64,000 nt of DNA from an uncultured virus (IMG/VR IMGVR_UViG_3300037882_001470) (lineage: Duplodnaviria; Heunggongvirae; Uroviricota; Caudoviricetes), in IMG/VR virus record IMGVR_UViG_3300037882_001470; one strand, 5' to 3'. A program made the translations under genes and the position numbers. Below the pieces are notes generated by a model. It worked only from the letters and a program-made list of their open reading frames with translations. It was not told where the DNA came from and did not search any database. Below are positions 42,211-53,524 of this stretch, piece by piece (the stretch's first letter is position 1; each line of letters starts with the position of its first letter).

Positions 42211-42582
42211 TCATTGCACTAAACCTTTCGCTAAAAGAAACGCGATAAGTTGGTCCAGAGGTTCGGAGTCCATTACCGCGTATACCGCGGTTGCGTGTAA
42301 GGAGTATACCTCGAACGTATACCCCAGCTGGGACGCCAAATGGCATAAGAATGCGCGTCTTTCGTCCGGTGTCAGTAACTTGCGGGCCTCCGACATTGCG
42401 TCACGAGACGTGTCGTATTTCGGGATCGGGAGTTGGTAATGATGATGGTCACTTGGCCTGTCTGGGCGAAGTCCGATCACGCCATCAACTATCGTCCACC
42501 CGGCCACCACCGCGCACATGATACGCATCTGCGTTGGGTCTTTACGTAATTCGCTAATACTTGGTAGTTCGAGTTCAATCAT
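42211..42582 (-). CDS. Phage ABA-sandwich-like family member
   Basis: A.VAGW...PKYDTSRDAM.EA...L. Confidence 0.6.
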   Translation of the reverse strand: MIELELPSISELRKDPTQMRIMCAVVAGWTIVDGVIGLRPDRPSDHHHYQLPIPKYDTSRDAMSEARKLLTPDERRAFLCHLASQLGYTFEVYSLHATAVYAVMDSEPLDQLIAFLLAKGLVQ

Positions 42583-43199
42583 TTGATAAATAGTTGTTTC
42601 AGCGTGCGTTTCAGCGCCGCTTTTGACCGGGGTATTACCTCCACCGTGTCTCCACATTCAATTCGCCATGATGTAATGTCCGTATGAATACCCCAGATGT
42701 TTCCCGCAGGTCCCGCTAACGAACGTTGCAGACTGATTAGTAATCTCCCCGGAAAATTCGGACACGACAATACTGGTTTGATCATTTCCATTTCGCGAGA
42801 GAATCGCTTCATCGTTTCCGGGTAGAATGTCGGGAACCCGTCACCGCTGTAGCAGCCTTCTGCATTGCGCCATAACGCGTGGGCTCCTTTACGGTCGGGG
42901 GTAATACACTGCGGATGCGAACCCGCGTTTTTCCGTACCCAGTAGATACCGATCTGTTCCCAGTCATCAGGCTTACCGTCGAACGAGTTATGAAGCATGC
43001 TGCTCGGGCGGTATCCGCGTCTGCGCGCCCATGCATTTTCTTCCGCGGTTGGTAACACCGGCTGTTCCAGCAGCTTCACGAATTCGTTGAAGACCGGCGT
43101 CGGCTTCGTAACATCCTTCAACGTCACCGGCTTAAATAGTTGAGACTTCGGATACGTGCTTCGCTCCAAAGTTAATTGTGTTCCTTGATTGTAGCTCAT
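42579..43199 (-). CDS. Hypothetical protein
   Basis: 206-aa ORF. Confidence 0.8.
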   Translation of the reverse strand: MSYNQGTQLTLERSTYPKSQLFKPVTLKDVTKPTPVFNEFVKLLEQPVLPTAEENAWARRRGYRPSSMLHNSFDGKPDDWEQIGIYWVRKNAGSHPQCITPDRKGAHALWRNAEGCYSGDGFPTFYPETMKRFSREMEMIKPVLSCPNFPGRLLISLQRSLAGPAGNIWGIHTDITSWRIECGDTVEVIPRSKAALKRTLKQLFIK

Positions 43200-43296
43200 C
43201 GAAATAATGGTAGCTGCATACCGACTTTATGTAATAGCACTGCGGCGATCGTTATCAACACGCCCCATACGACTATGGCGAGTAGTGTGGTAATCT

Positions 43297-44013
43297 TCAT
43301 TCGTTTGGGACGGATAGTGCGCAGTTAGCCGTTTTGGACCACTCACTTTTCGCGCCGATGATCATGCACCCGCGAGGGTTTAGTCCACCGACATCAGTTT
43401 GGTCCGGTTTTACTTCATGCCAGTATTCGCCAACAAACCGGACGATGCCGGAGCGACCCTTATACACTCCGCCGATGATTAAAACGCCGTCACCGACGGC
43501 TAACAAGGGCGCGGCAGCTAACGCGCCTGTCGCGTTCTCCGTGCTTGGCACGTCGTTCGTGGCGCGTTGCTGCGCTGCGCAGTTCGCACACATTATTGAA
43601 ACGCATCCCGGTATGGCTTGCGCCGTCGACTTCTCAACGCCTCGCCATTTCGTATTTATACGAAAGCCTGCTTTATCGTAAGCATGCCAGAGCTGGTGTA
43701 TACATGATCCCCTTGATTTTAACATGTCTGTAATATGTTTTGGGTGTCCACACTTTAAGCACTTGTCTTCACCGTTCTGTCCGTATGGTTTAACCGTCGG
43801 AGTCGGCATCTCTTCGTCCTTGTTTTCTGGTTCTACCGCAGGTTCGACATCCGGGTCTGTAGGAAGTTTGAGCCGCCTCGTTGGGTGTAGCTCGGCGTTC
43901 AATTGCTCGATCGTTATCCGCGCGGCAATCAACTCCCGTTGAACTTCATCGTAGCATTCCGCCAGCGCTTCAACACTCTTTATCGCCTGTTCTTTCGCGT
44001 CTCGGAACGTCAT
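43297..44013 (-). CDS. Chimeric protein: coiled-coil, Cys motifs and cassette-derived KOW/SH3-like domain
   Basis: CLKC and CANC motifs; the KOW-like VGDGVLIIGGVYKGRSGIV lies within the 258-bp cassette. Confidence 0.8.
   Translation of the reverse strand: MTFRDAKEQAIKSVEALAECYDEVQRELIAARITIEQLNAELHPTRRLKLPTDPDVEPAVEPENKDEEMPTPTVKPYGQNGEDKCLKCGHPKHITDMLKSRGSCIHQLWHAYDKAGFRINTKWRGVEKSTAQAIPGCVSIMCANCAAQQRATNDVPSTENATGALAAAPLLAVGDGVLIIGGVYKGRSGIVRFVGEYWHEVKPDQTDVGGLNPRGCMIIGAKSEWSKTANCALSVPNE
43325..43582 (+). mobile_element. Integron-type gene cassette (258 bp), coding antisense to its attC
   Basis: Begins G|TTAGCC (43324-43330), the exact complement of its attC R'' GGCTAAC, and ends at G|TT (43582). 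Confidence 0.75.
43498..43588 (+). other. attC-like recombination site
   Basis: R'' GGCTAAC - 6 nt - L'' GCG(G)CAGC (T) AACGCGCC - 33-nt loop - GGCGCGTT L' GCTGCGC - 6 nt - R' GTTCGCA, with two extrahelical bases. Confidence 0.8.
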
Positions 44014-45310
44014 GTGGTTTCCGTTACATCATTATCTTCCTGCCTCTTCATCGGCGTTGGGTATGATATTAGTAATTTAAGACGTGTTCCAAGCTTCTGT
44101 ATCTCATGCGTCAATTCTGGGTCTGCGCACTCCATCAAAGACCATTGCATGATTTCTTTGATAGTTTTACTGGAGGCGTCCTTAAAGTGACACATCATAA
44201 TAGTCCGTTCATCTATCGTATGATCATACGTACCGCGAACCCCAATGCCAGTATCACCGCAGCGCATCCGAGCAACACCCCTAGCAGAGTGTTTCCGAAC
44301 ATCATGGTGCAATCTTCCAAGACACCCTCTACTTCCACTCCAGACTCCGGCGTATACTCTTTCTCAATTAACTCCATCGTTCGCTCGAAATACCGCGTCA
44401 GATCGCTTTCATACATACGTTTCACAATCTCTCGTAGTTCGTCGCACTCATCCGCGGTGAATACCTTTTCTCGTGTTACGAAATGAATAATGTCTGCCGG
44501 GTCACCCTCTAGGTGATAAGCCAGCCCGGCTTCGAACATCGCGTCAGCCCATTGCCCACCGTTCTCGTATGTGGGGATTCTCGATTTACCCGCGTTTGGC
44601 GTTACGGGTATTACCTTAGTTGTTGTGTCTTTGTTCATTTGTTCTGTTACATTGTGTTCCGAAGTGTCGACCACTGAATCTCGCGTTTAAGATACGCGAG
44701 AATCGCATACGACAACGTAGGCGTAGGTGTTTCGAAGATGCTGGAGAGCATCACGAACTCGTGCACTTCCTCATCCGGGATGTTCCGTCTGGAGAACATG
44801 TCGCGCGCGGTCGCCGGCTGCCTCCCTAGTAGGCTCGTGATGACCGTCGCCATTTTGTATTCTGGTTTACTCATTCTGTGTCGGGATACACTTTTCGAAT
44901 CTCGAACCCCCGTAAAACTTCAGGTATTGCTCAGGAGTTGAATACTTCACGGCTTCTTGAACTAAACTGTATGGCACGTCCGCTTCGATGTAACGGCCTG
45001 CTTGGATGCCCGTAGGAACTCCCATTTCGCGTTCTATTTCCCATCCTGTGCCATTGCGTTCTGACGAATAGCATCCGTAGAAGTTTACGTGGGTTTTACA
45101 TGGGCTACCGAACGCGACGACACGTTTACCGTTCGTGTAGAACCCGTATTCTCCATCTTTGGAGATGTAGACGTCATAACCGTAAGACAATAACGCCTTC
45201 GCGATTTTCTGGATGAGTTCCTTTTTCATGAGTAGGACCTACACAACATACAGACGGTGAATACGACTACTGCGGCGACGATGACGTCCCATATGAATTG
45301 TGGCATACCG

Positions 45311-46735
45311 TTATTGCTCATCACTGTTACCGAACATTGCGTTCAGGTTGGTAACTGCGTCCTCGACCGTCATGTCGAGTTGCCTTACATAATTCCCGTT
45401 ATACAGCTTCAACGTCAGGACGACCATAAGGTCCCCCTGCCCGCCGAGGGTATCGATTGCTTTCGAGATATTGATCAAGCAATCCATCGTCGCCGTAAAC
45501 CCGTGCATAGTCTCCATCTCAGATACCCATGCGTTTTCTTCCCGTGCTACTTCTAAAGTAGCCGCGTTGTCGGATCGGAACATGAACCCGGATGTCTCCA
45601 CCAGCCATGATGTTTCGAATCTATTGCGCATTACCGCGTCTGCTACGCATTTTACATGCCGCTCAAAATCGACATTAAAATCTTTAAACAATACGTGATC
45701 ATCCGGCGCCACTGAATTTATTGAATCTTCCAAATTGAGAATACAGTCTTGTCGGGCAGTGAGGCATACTCTTACCCGCCACATACCTTTTTCGTAAGTT
45801 ACCAGGAACGTCTTGCCGCGGTATACGGTTCTTACCCCGTATGTAGTTTTGTAGTCAACGTTCGGAACCACGCGTCTACCAAAAGCGTCTGCCGGAATTG
45901 AGATACGAGTCGCCTTCAGACCATGATTCTTATCCAACAGACGACACATCGCAATATCATACATTTCAGATGTCCACTGGTAGTTCTCCATAAGGGCGAT
46001 GACCCTATCTGCGACCTTGGGTGGCACCGGTGCAGCATTCCTCGCCCAATCAATCTCTTCTTGCGGCCAGTCCTCTACAATCTCGTCACCAGCCGGTGTA
46101 CCGTCGGACCGATTTACACATGCGAATAGTTTCCCTTGACGCTTTACCCATAAGAACGAGACGCACATCACATCGTCCTCAACTTGAACTGCGTATTCCG
46201 TTCCTATTTTATCGAGTGCCGCTGTAAATCGCGTAGAGCTATGTCGATTGATTGCGGCTTCAAGTTCCGTTAAATACCGCGGAGCTTCTTCCGGCTTTGG
46301 TGTAGCTTCCATTACCACGGCACCGTTACGCACCTTCCCTTTTAACACAGCAACCTCGGCACCTTGGAAGTCTCCGGGCATATCGATCAGGTTGTTGGCG
46401 AACCATTGTATCGTGTCAGCATCTGGTCCGAGATATGGAGACGTACGAAATACCGTGTAAGTATCTGCGAGGTCATCGTAGTTGCCCCGTGTCCTTCTCG
46501 GTAGATGGTAATGACTCACCCCTGCCGTGTCATACGTTACCTCGATCTCACCGCTGTGAATTACCGAGTCGCCCATCAAGATATGCGGAGGGGCACACGT
46601 CCGCATTAGCGCTACCCGTTGGTGTGTCTGCGTTACGAGATCGCATACGAAGCACACGTGGTGTTTCCTGGTGTTCGCTACTTCTCCGTCTTGGGCGATG
46701 TTGTGGAGGGATACTAATAGTCTTGGTTTAGTCAT
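45311..46735 (-). CDS. Large hypothetical protein (~474 aa)
   Basis: Start re-assigned to MTKPRLL (ATGA overlap). Confidence 0.85.
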   Translation of the reverse strand: MTKPRLLVSLHNIAQDGEVANTRKHHVCFVCDLVTQTHQRVALMRTCAPPHILMGDSVIHSGEIEVTYDTAGVSHYHLPRRTRGNYDDLADTYTVFRTSPYLGPDADTIQWFANNLIDMPGDFQGAEVAVLKGKVRNGAVVMEATPKPEEAPRYLTELEAAINRHSSTRFTAALDKIGTEYAVQVEDDVMCVSFLWVKRQGKLFACVNRSDGTPAGDEIVEDWPQEEIDWARNAAPVPPKVADRVIALMENYQWTSEMYDIAMCRLLDKNHGLKATRISIPADAFGRRVVPNVDYKTTYGVRTVYRGKTFLVTYEKGMWRVRVCLTARQDCILNLEDSINSVAPDDHVLFKDFNVDFERHVKCVADAVMRNRFETSWLVETSGFMFRSDNAATLEVAREENAWVSEMETMHGFTATMDCLINISKAIDTLGGQGDLMVVLTLKLYNGNYVRQLDMTVEDAVTNLNAMFGNSDEQ

Positions 46736-47152
46736 ACTCTTTGTAATGTTGTTTCTTCGTATACTTGTGGGGGTCCGGCGTATTGCCACGTCCATACTAC
46801 CCGCATGTCTTTGCCTCCGCCACGATGTGTTATAATCTCCAGCTTCTCGAATCCGGGTGTTACGTGCTTAATTCGAACCACCTGAATCAGATCTTTCAGC
46901 GATTGAAACACAAATTCGTGACGCTCTACCTGAACTCCTTCTCTTCGCGGATAAGGTTCAAGTCGTGCAACCAGTCAGGGGCTTCGTTGATTCATGTGTA
47001 ATGGCTGTCCACTCCCCGTGGGCGTCTGCTCCCAAGGTTGATGGAGGCGTTCCACACAGCAAGTCTGGCCCGGCGTTATCGGAATACGTGTAGATCTTAG
47101 TCCACCCGGCGACGAGCGTCGCCACTTCTTCATTGGTTACCGTGAGTTTCAT
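46732..47152 (-). pseudogene. Broken or chimeric gene: ABA-like N-terminus plus an unrelated C-terminal fragment
   Basis: VATLVAGW..., then PDWLHDLN in a second frame, then a third-frame fragment ending in an ATGA overlap. Confidence 0.55.
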
Positions 47153-47289
47153 ACTTTACACCGCCCCAAACAAATCGGGCAATCAACGGTTTCCGGTCCG
47201 TAGTAATAACTGCTCTTCGCGTTTTTCAGAATAATTTTACCTTTGCCGTTACAGCGGCTACACCTCTTTTTTAGATGCTTCTTGCTCAT
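47149..47289 (-). CDS. 46-aa CxxCxGxG zinc-finger mini-protein (not in track)
   Basis: CSRCNGKG...CPICLG; overlaps its neighbours. Confidence 0.75.
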   Translation of the reverse strand: MSKKHLKKRCSRCNGKGKIILKNAKSSYYYGPETVDCPICLGRCKV

Positions 47290-48764
47290 ACTTCCGCGTC
47301 AACGGGGCGCCGGACAAATATGACGCTCTTTTTATCTGGGCGGTCTTTGCCCATGCAAGGTCGCGCTTCTCCGCACGCGAAAGTCAGTCTTACGTATTCG
47401 AACGCACACCGTTAAACACGCCGTAGTGCCTTTCGAATCTTAATAGCAGTGTCCGCGGTTCTGACGCGCACCCAGCCCTTGTGACCATACACGTAGAAGT
47501 AAACGAAGGTCGCAGGCCATGGTATCGTCGGGTGAGAGTCTACGTCTGCCAGCGGTCCGTGTATTGCGCCGAGCACCGGAGCTGAAAATGCCATTGTGGT
47601 GTTTAGTTTGGACATATTGGTTAATCCAGAATGAACTCTTTTACGTCCGGGTTTTCTTTCACCATACAGGCGAACGCCTCAACGAAGTAGAACGTAGCGT
47701 TCGTGCCTTTAGGGGCAAACGGGTGCGCCGACAGTTGTCTCATCAAGTTGTGGACGAACATGTAACGTCCTATCGCCATCGTGTCTTCTGCTTGATATTT
47801 CCGTATATGGTCGCGGGCTGTTTGCAGCAGCGCCTCTGCGAATGTCGTGGATGTTTTGGGCATTACTAATTACCAAACCTCGGAGTCTCGGTAACTTGCT
47901 TCGATACTGCCGTGGTGTGTTCGACTCTCCCGCAGTTACTGCACACGCGCTTCCAGCGTTTCGTAACTTTCTCTGGAACATACAGCGGAAGTCGACGGTC
48001 GATGCCCATTGTCCCTTCAGGGTCTCCTGGGGAGATGTATCCGGGACTGTTGATGTGGTCCGAGAAAGTCTCGCCCCACACGTGCGCGCAATTTCGTTCC
48101 ACATCCACAAGGGACTCTTGTTTCTCTTTAAGCTCATGTTCGAGCTTGGCAATTGCTTCTCTAAGGGCATTTGCGTTCATAATTGGTTTCTATTTATTTG
48201 ATACAAATACCCGGTGTTGCCCTGCGACTTCTTGCGTACCGTAAGACAACTCGCGCAATTCTCCAATCTCAACTAGTCGGTCCACGCAGCACATCTTCAT
48301 CCAGTCGCTTGCACCGCTCACGCAACGTATTACTTCTAGCATGCGTATCGCCCCAGATTCCTTCAGCAATCTTTGCGCCGTATCGCGGACTTTCAAAAAC
48401 ACTACTTGTCCGTCTTCCGTAAACAGTTGTGACTTTCCGTCTTTGTAATTATACATTTTGGTTTGTCGGGAACTTACCTGTCATGGTGACTCTCGTGTGG
48501 GCAGTCCGGGTCGTGGACCCACTGCCCGATTACTGGCGAGATGTAACGATGACCGTTGCGGTCTATACCTTCTTTACTCACGACCGCCACGCGCCAGAAG
48601 AATAGCACTGCCACCAGCATGATGACAACCACGTGCCAAAGGTAAGTGTCTTTCCAGAACGGAGTCTCTGGAGGTTCGGGCTTTTCGGTATTTCGATTTT
48701 TCATCAGTCTTGATGTGGCGTTTACGACGCCATCTCGTTCATTGTCTTGATTCATTGTCTATTT

Positions 48765-48938
48765 CTATTCCACGGCTATCTCGGTAGCCGTATTGCGCTT
48801 ATTAGAAACCCGCAACACTTTCGAAAACCACTGCGGGTATCTGCCAGTATACGGTAACACTTCAAGTATGATGGCATTTGTATTAAACCATACAGGGTAT
48901 TTATCACCCTTCTTGTAAACTGGCTTACGTTTTCTCAT
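48765..48938 (-). CDS. 57-aa hypothetical protein (not in track)
   Basis: MRKRKPVYKKGD...EVLPYTGRYPQWF; coupled start. Confidence 0.7.
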   Translation of the reverse strand: MRKRKPVYKKGDKYPVWFNTNAIILEVLPYTGRYPQWFSKVLRVSNKRNTATEIAVE

Positions 48939-51235
48939 CGGTATTCATCCATCTCGCGGATCGATTGCATCGTCGCTTTGCTTATTGTAGGTGCACTGTG
49001 ACTGCTCATCGTCGTGATTCGATAGTGTTTCGCACGACGATCTCCAAAGGCAATCTGCCGCCGGATTCTTTCGTAATCATATGGAGCGAGATCGTATAAC
49101 CAGCCAAGCTGCGCATCCTGTCCGTCTACATCGTTGATGTAAAACTGTTCAACGCCCCCGTATCGTCCGAACTCTATACGCCAGGCGATGTCGGGCGCGT
49201 CGCGGCGAATCTTGTCCAGTGTGACGCGAACCTCACGACTACGTGCATCCGTCATTGCAGGTATGTGACGCCCACGAATATTTGGAAAGACCGCATTACC
49301 AGCGCTCTCGCTCCACGGTATTCCAAGAAGATCCCGTCGAAATAAATCGGCGCTCTGCTTCTCTAAGAACTTTTGAAACGGGCTTTTACCATCAGGTCTC
49401 GGTTTATCACAATTATAGGCGTTAAACCACGTATGCTGTTTCGGTGTTCTTGGCTTCGGTATGTTTGCGATTACTTTTCTCACGAGTCGGAGTCTCTGAC
49501 ATCGCGCTGCTCCACGCGAGTAATAATATCTACCAACCCGTGTATCGCGTTCACTACCTCTCCTGCTTCTACGGCGGCGAGAATTGCTCGTAGTCGTCCG
49601 GGTACGTTACACCCCGCAAGGTGATTGATCGTGTCCTCCGCCTCCGAAGTCACATACGGAGTTACACGAAATAGTGAAGCATCCACCTGGATGGCTACGG
49701 TTTTTAAATCATCCACATGATCGCGAATCGCACGCTCAGCTTCAGCCTCTGACCTGAATCGAATTTCTACGCCATTGTCGGTCCACTTGACATCCTCCCA
49801 TACCTTACCGTCGAACCGTTCTACAATAAACGTGACCATTCTACGTGTCGCCCTCCGTGTTAATTCTCTTCAGCTTAATGAGCATCTCCGGAGTGACCCG
49901 TCGCGCTTCTAGTAACATCCCAAACGTCCATCGCCAAATAAACACGGGGATACACCGAATACCACCGATGACTAAAACTACCAATGCGAAGATACCGTTC
50001 AATAATTCGTAACCCAGTTCGCACGCGGCATCCTTTACGTCCCGCAAGTGCCTTTTTACGAACTTACGTGTCCAACGATGCTTCGCGATCTCGACCACCG
50101 CATCGATGTAATGTGGTAGTCTCATACGATGCTCAGCCAGTGTAACACCGCTATCACCAGAGCTATACCATAGGACCAGGCCACGCACTTTACTGCACGT
50201 GTCCCTTCTTCGCTTCTTTCGAGAACGATAATACTGATGAGCCCGACTACGAGCCACGACGTGAACGGGGCTTTCGATTGAAACGCTTTTGCCGCGGAGT
50301 AATAGATAAACCCTGCGATCGGGGACATTACTAAATACGCGAGCAATACTGGTATTACTTTTTTAACTGTCTTGTTCATGATGATTTATACTTCTGAAAT
50401 GAGCACACCCACGATAGCACCAAGTTCTGATTTGTTTATCGGTATGGCGATATCGTATTTACGAGAGAACGTCCCGTTTTTTCTTTCGAGAACATAACAA
50501 TCGGCACAGTATCCGTTGAATGTCCTCGTGGGTGTTACATACTTATCGTGCGGGTCGTCGGTTTTGTAGATTACCCCTTTAACGAAGTCCGTGTTTGCGT
50601 CTACCAACTCCTCTGCGGTCAACGTCTCTGAGATACGACTCAGGTCTTTAGACCAGTTTTTATTCATATGTCGATACCCATAAATGTTAGCGGGTCCACT
50701 TTACCGTGACGCTTGAAGAAACGGACGGCTTCGATACGCGCTTTAAATCCCGGGAGTTGTCTTGAGAAATCGAGATACTCTTTTACCAGCGTTTCTATAC
50801 GCTCCGCTCTCACTGAATCTGCGTAATTTAGTAGTGCTCGTGTTGTCGCGAATACGCGCCAGTCTACGTCAGTGTAGCGCGCCATTCTATTAGTGAACTC
50901 GGCGATTATTTCCAGCCAAGATGCTTCGATATGATCTGGAAGGTTTTGGATAGCCGACTCTATCCTTCCGACATCGTATCGTGTTATTGGAATCTCACGA
51001 TTGTTGTCGTGAAACATCCCCCAGGCGGTGGACATTTGCAACTTCAACTCCTTTATCTGTCCGTAGCCGTTCTTATATAGTAACCCATCTTCACCCCAAT
51101 ACACGTCGCAATCGCAGAACACATGCTTCATTATCACGTGGTCCGCGCAACGGAATAGCCCTGGGTATTGTGCGATCTTGGTGGTGATGTATAACAACGC
51201 GGGTGTCGATTCCCATTCGTTCTTGATCTCACCGC

Positions 51236-51718
51236 TCATAATTGAATTGGAGGCAGCATACACGCCTCAACGCACGTCTTAATCAGTGCCTTCATCCGAT
51301 GTGACGCAATTGCGTAAGTGCACGCATCCCGATACGCCTCATTTGTGAGGCAATCGCCGTTGTTGGCGTCAAACAGCGCAGCGTCTTCTTGTAGGTGTTT
51401 GTGGTATAGGTCATCCAGTCGGCCTTGCACAATGCGCGATTCTGCATCCCTCATTGCATCCAGACTATCGTTGAAACGTAGGGCATATTTTTCGGTCTCT
51501 TGTATTTGACCGGTCACCCTGACATATCTTCTCTGCTTTTGACCGTCTATTTGACGCCACGTCCACTCCCACCCACTCAGACTCATTATCAAAGCCTTCT
51601 CATACGCCCTATTATCGGCGTCCTTAAACTCAATCAGCCTTACAAGATATTTGATCTCCTGTTCTGCCAGTGGACGTTTCAGCGCCTCGTCGAGCTGGTT
51701 TACTTCTGGTATTGTCAT
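51236..51718 (-). CDS. Phage ABA-sandwich-like family member
   Basis: LSGW...FNDSLDAMRDAE. Confidence 0.55.
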   Translation of the reverse strand: MTIPEVNQLDEALKRPLAEQEIKYLVRLIEFKDADNRAYEKALIMSLSGWEWTWRQIDGQKQRRYVRVTGQIQETEKYALRFNDSLDAMRDAESRIVQGRLDDLYHKHLQEDAALFDANNGDCLTNEAYRDACTYAIASHRMKALIKTCVEACMLPPIQL

Positions 51719-52321
51719 GTCGCCTGCGCGTCTTTCAGCGCTTTCAATTCACGTTCTAACTCGAGTCGTTTTATTTCAGACTTTCGGTAGTTTGTAGCGT
51801 GAGCGTTACGGGAGTCGATACAAGCGCGTAGTTCTCTAGCCAGAGTCTCGACGGTCACGCTCAGCTTATTGCAGCGCTCCGCGACCTCCCTCACCTTCTT
51901 TATCGGAGATTCGTCCTCTCGGCACCCGATAGCGTCACATAGTCCGATCAACACCTCTTTTTTGAATTCATCCATCAGGGCAAGCCGGGTCATAAGATCC
52001 TTGTATGGCTTCGCCGAAGATGGCGTATAGCAGTCCTCGGCACCACACAGAATCGCCCACTTGTCCCTGTCTACCAACGCCGCGTTACGTTCTTTTGTAA
52101 GCAGCTCTATTTGGGCTTTGAGTCTCTTGATTTCATCACTTTCTGACGGAGTGATAAGAACCGCACTATGCCCCAGCGCGTCAATGTCGCATCTAGGTAT
52201 GTTGGTGACGTGCCCATAGAATGTGAGTGGTAGAATACCAGACGGCACTCCCAGTTGTAGCACTTCTGCGTTTACACCGTTACGGATCGACCACACGGGA
52301 TGCATGATTGGTTCTGAATTA

Positions 52322-53269
52322 TTACTCATCTTTCTTACAACAGTCGCGATTCGGGAAAATCTTACTCCCATCATCGTAATGATTACCGCACCTCGGATTG
52401 TTCATCGCGTCTAGCAATGCCAGTCGAACGGTGTCCCCGTAGCCGGTAATGTTTTTACCCACCGACGCACACCACGTCCTTGTAGCGTCATCGCCCGAGA
52501 TCTTAATACTGGCAGTTGACCCGTCTTGAAAATGCCCGACCTCTCGCGTCAGCCAGTTTAAGATGTCGGTGTCTGCATTCCGGTGTGGTGATGTTTCGGT
52601 AGCGACTTCTTTAGACGATGTCAGGTTACGCAACTCCGCGCGCAGCTTATCCAGCTCTTTCATAGCTTCGTCGCGCTCTTTGGTGCGTTGCTGTAGCACT
52701 GTGAGCCAGTTGTCCCTAGACTTTACGGTGTCTTGCCACCACTTACGATAGTCGTCCCTTTGTTGTAACAATGATTGCCCCGTATCGTCTTCTTTAACCA
52801 CATGAACTGACAACTTCCAGTTCTCGACTACTGCGTCGGTCTCGCCTGTTACCATCCCTTGAGCGCAAGCGGAGCGTGCAATATCGGACAGTAGGGTCTT
52901 CATGCTTTCAGCAGACTCTCCGTTTAATTGGTAATATACGTCCATTATAAGCCGCAGGTGCAAACCAGGAACCTCCGGCTTCTCATCCATCGCAGTTAAT
53001 GGCACATCGAAGTAACCGGGAGCTGTAGCGTCGGTCTTTCGCAACACGTCTTCTGCGACGTCGAATGGTGTGTGGAAGTCATCACGCTTCAATGGGAACA
53101 TCACGTATAAGAAGTCCTTCAACGTAGCCCGAACTAATTCTAGTTCTCGTTCAATTTTCGCGGCGCGCTCTACGGAAACTACCTCATTGTTCGAGGTCAT
53201 ATCGGGTACAAACTTCAAACTGTCGACCCGAGTTGTCGGGTATTCTTCTACTGGTTTTGCTGGTAACAT
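52322..53269 (-). CDS. Modular coiled-coil hypothetical protein
   Basis: 315 aa, C-terminal DT.ILNWL...R.AL..AM module. Confidence 0.8.
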   Translation of the reverse strand: MLPAKPVEEYPTTRVDSLKFVPDMTSNNEVVSVERAAKIERELELVRATLKDFLYVMFPLKRDDFHTPFDVAEDVLRKTDATAPGYFDVPLTAMDEKPEVPGLHLRLIMDVYYQLNGESAESMKTLLSDIARSACAQGMVTGETDAVVENWKLSVHVVKEDDTGQSLLQQRDDYRKWWQDTVKSRDNWLTVLQQRTKERDEAMKELDKLRAELRNLTSSKEVATETSPHRNADTDILNWLTREVGHFQDGSTASIKISGDDATRTWCASVGKNITGYGDTVRLALLDAMNNPRCGNHYDDGSKIFPNRDCCKKDE

Positions 53270-53524
53270 TTTATTTTGCTGTGTCTACTATTCTGTGCGA
53301 TTTATTGAGCGTATCATGAAATCGCCAAATGAAGCCACCATTGGCCGTCTCGCATCCGGCAGGAACCGGAGATCTTCCGAAATAATCTTTATTCGTTAGC
53401 GTGCAGTTCGGGTCGCATGTGTAAGCAATATTTCCGATTACTCCTACTATTTCACCCGCTGGCACCCAATTATACAAACGGTCTAAATGCTCGATTTTGT
53501 CTCCGATTTGTGGTGGCCTTGTTA

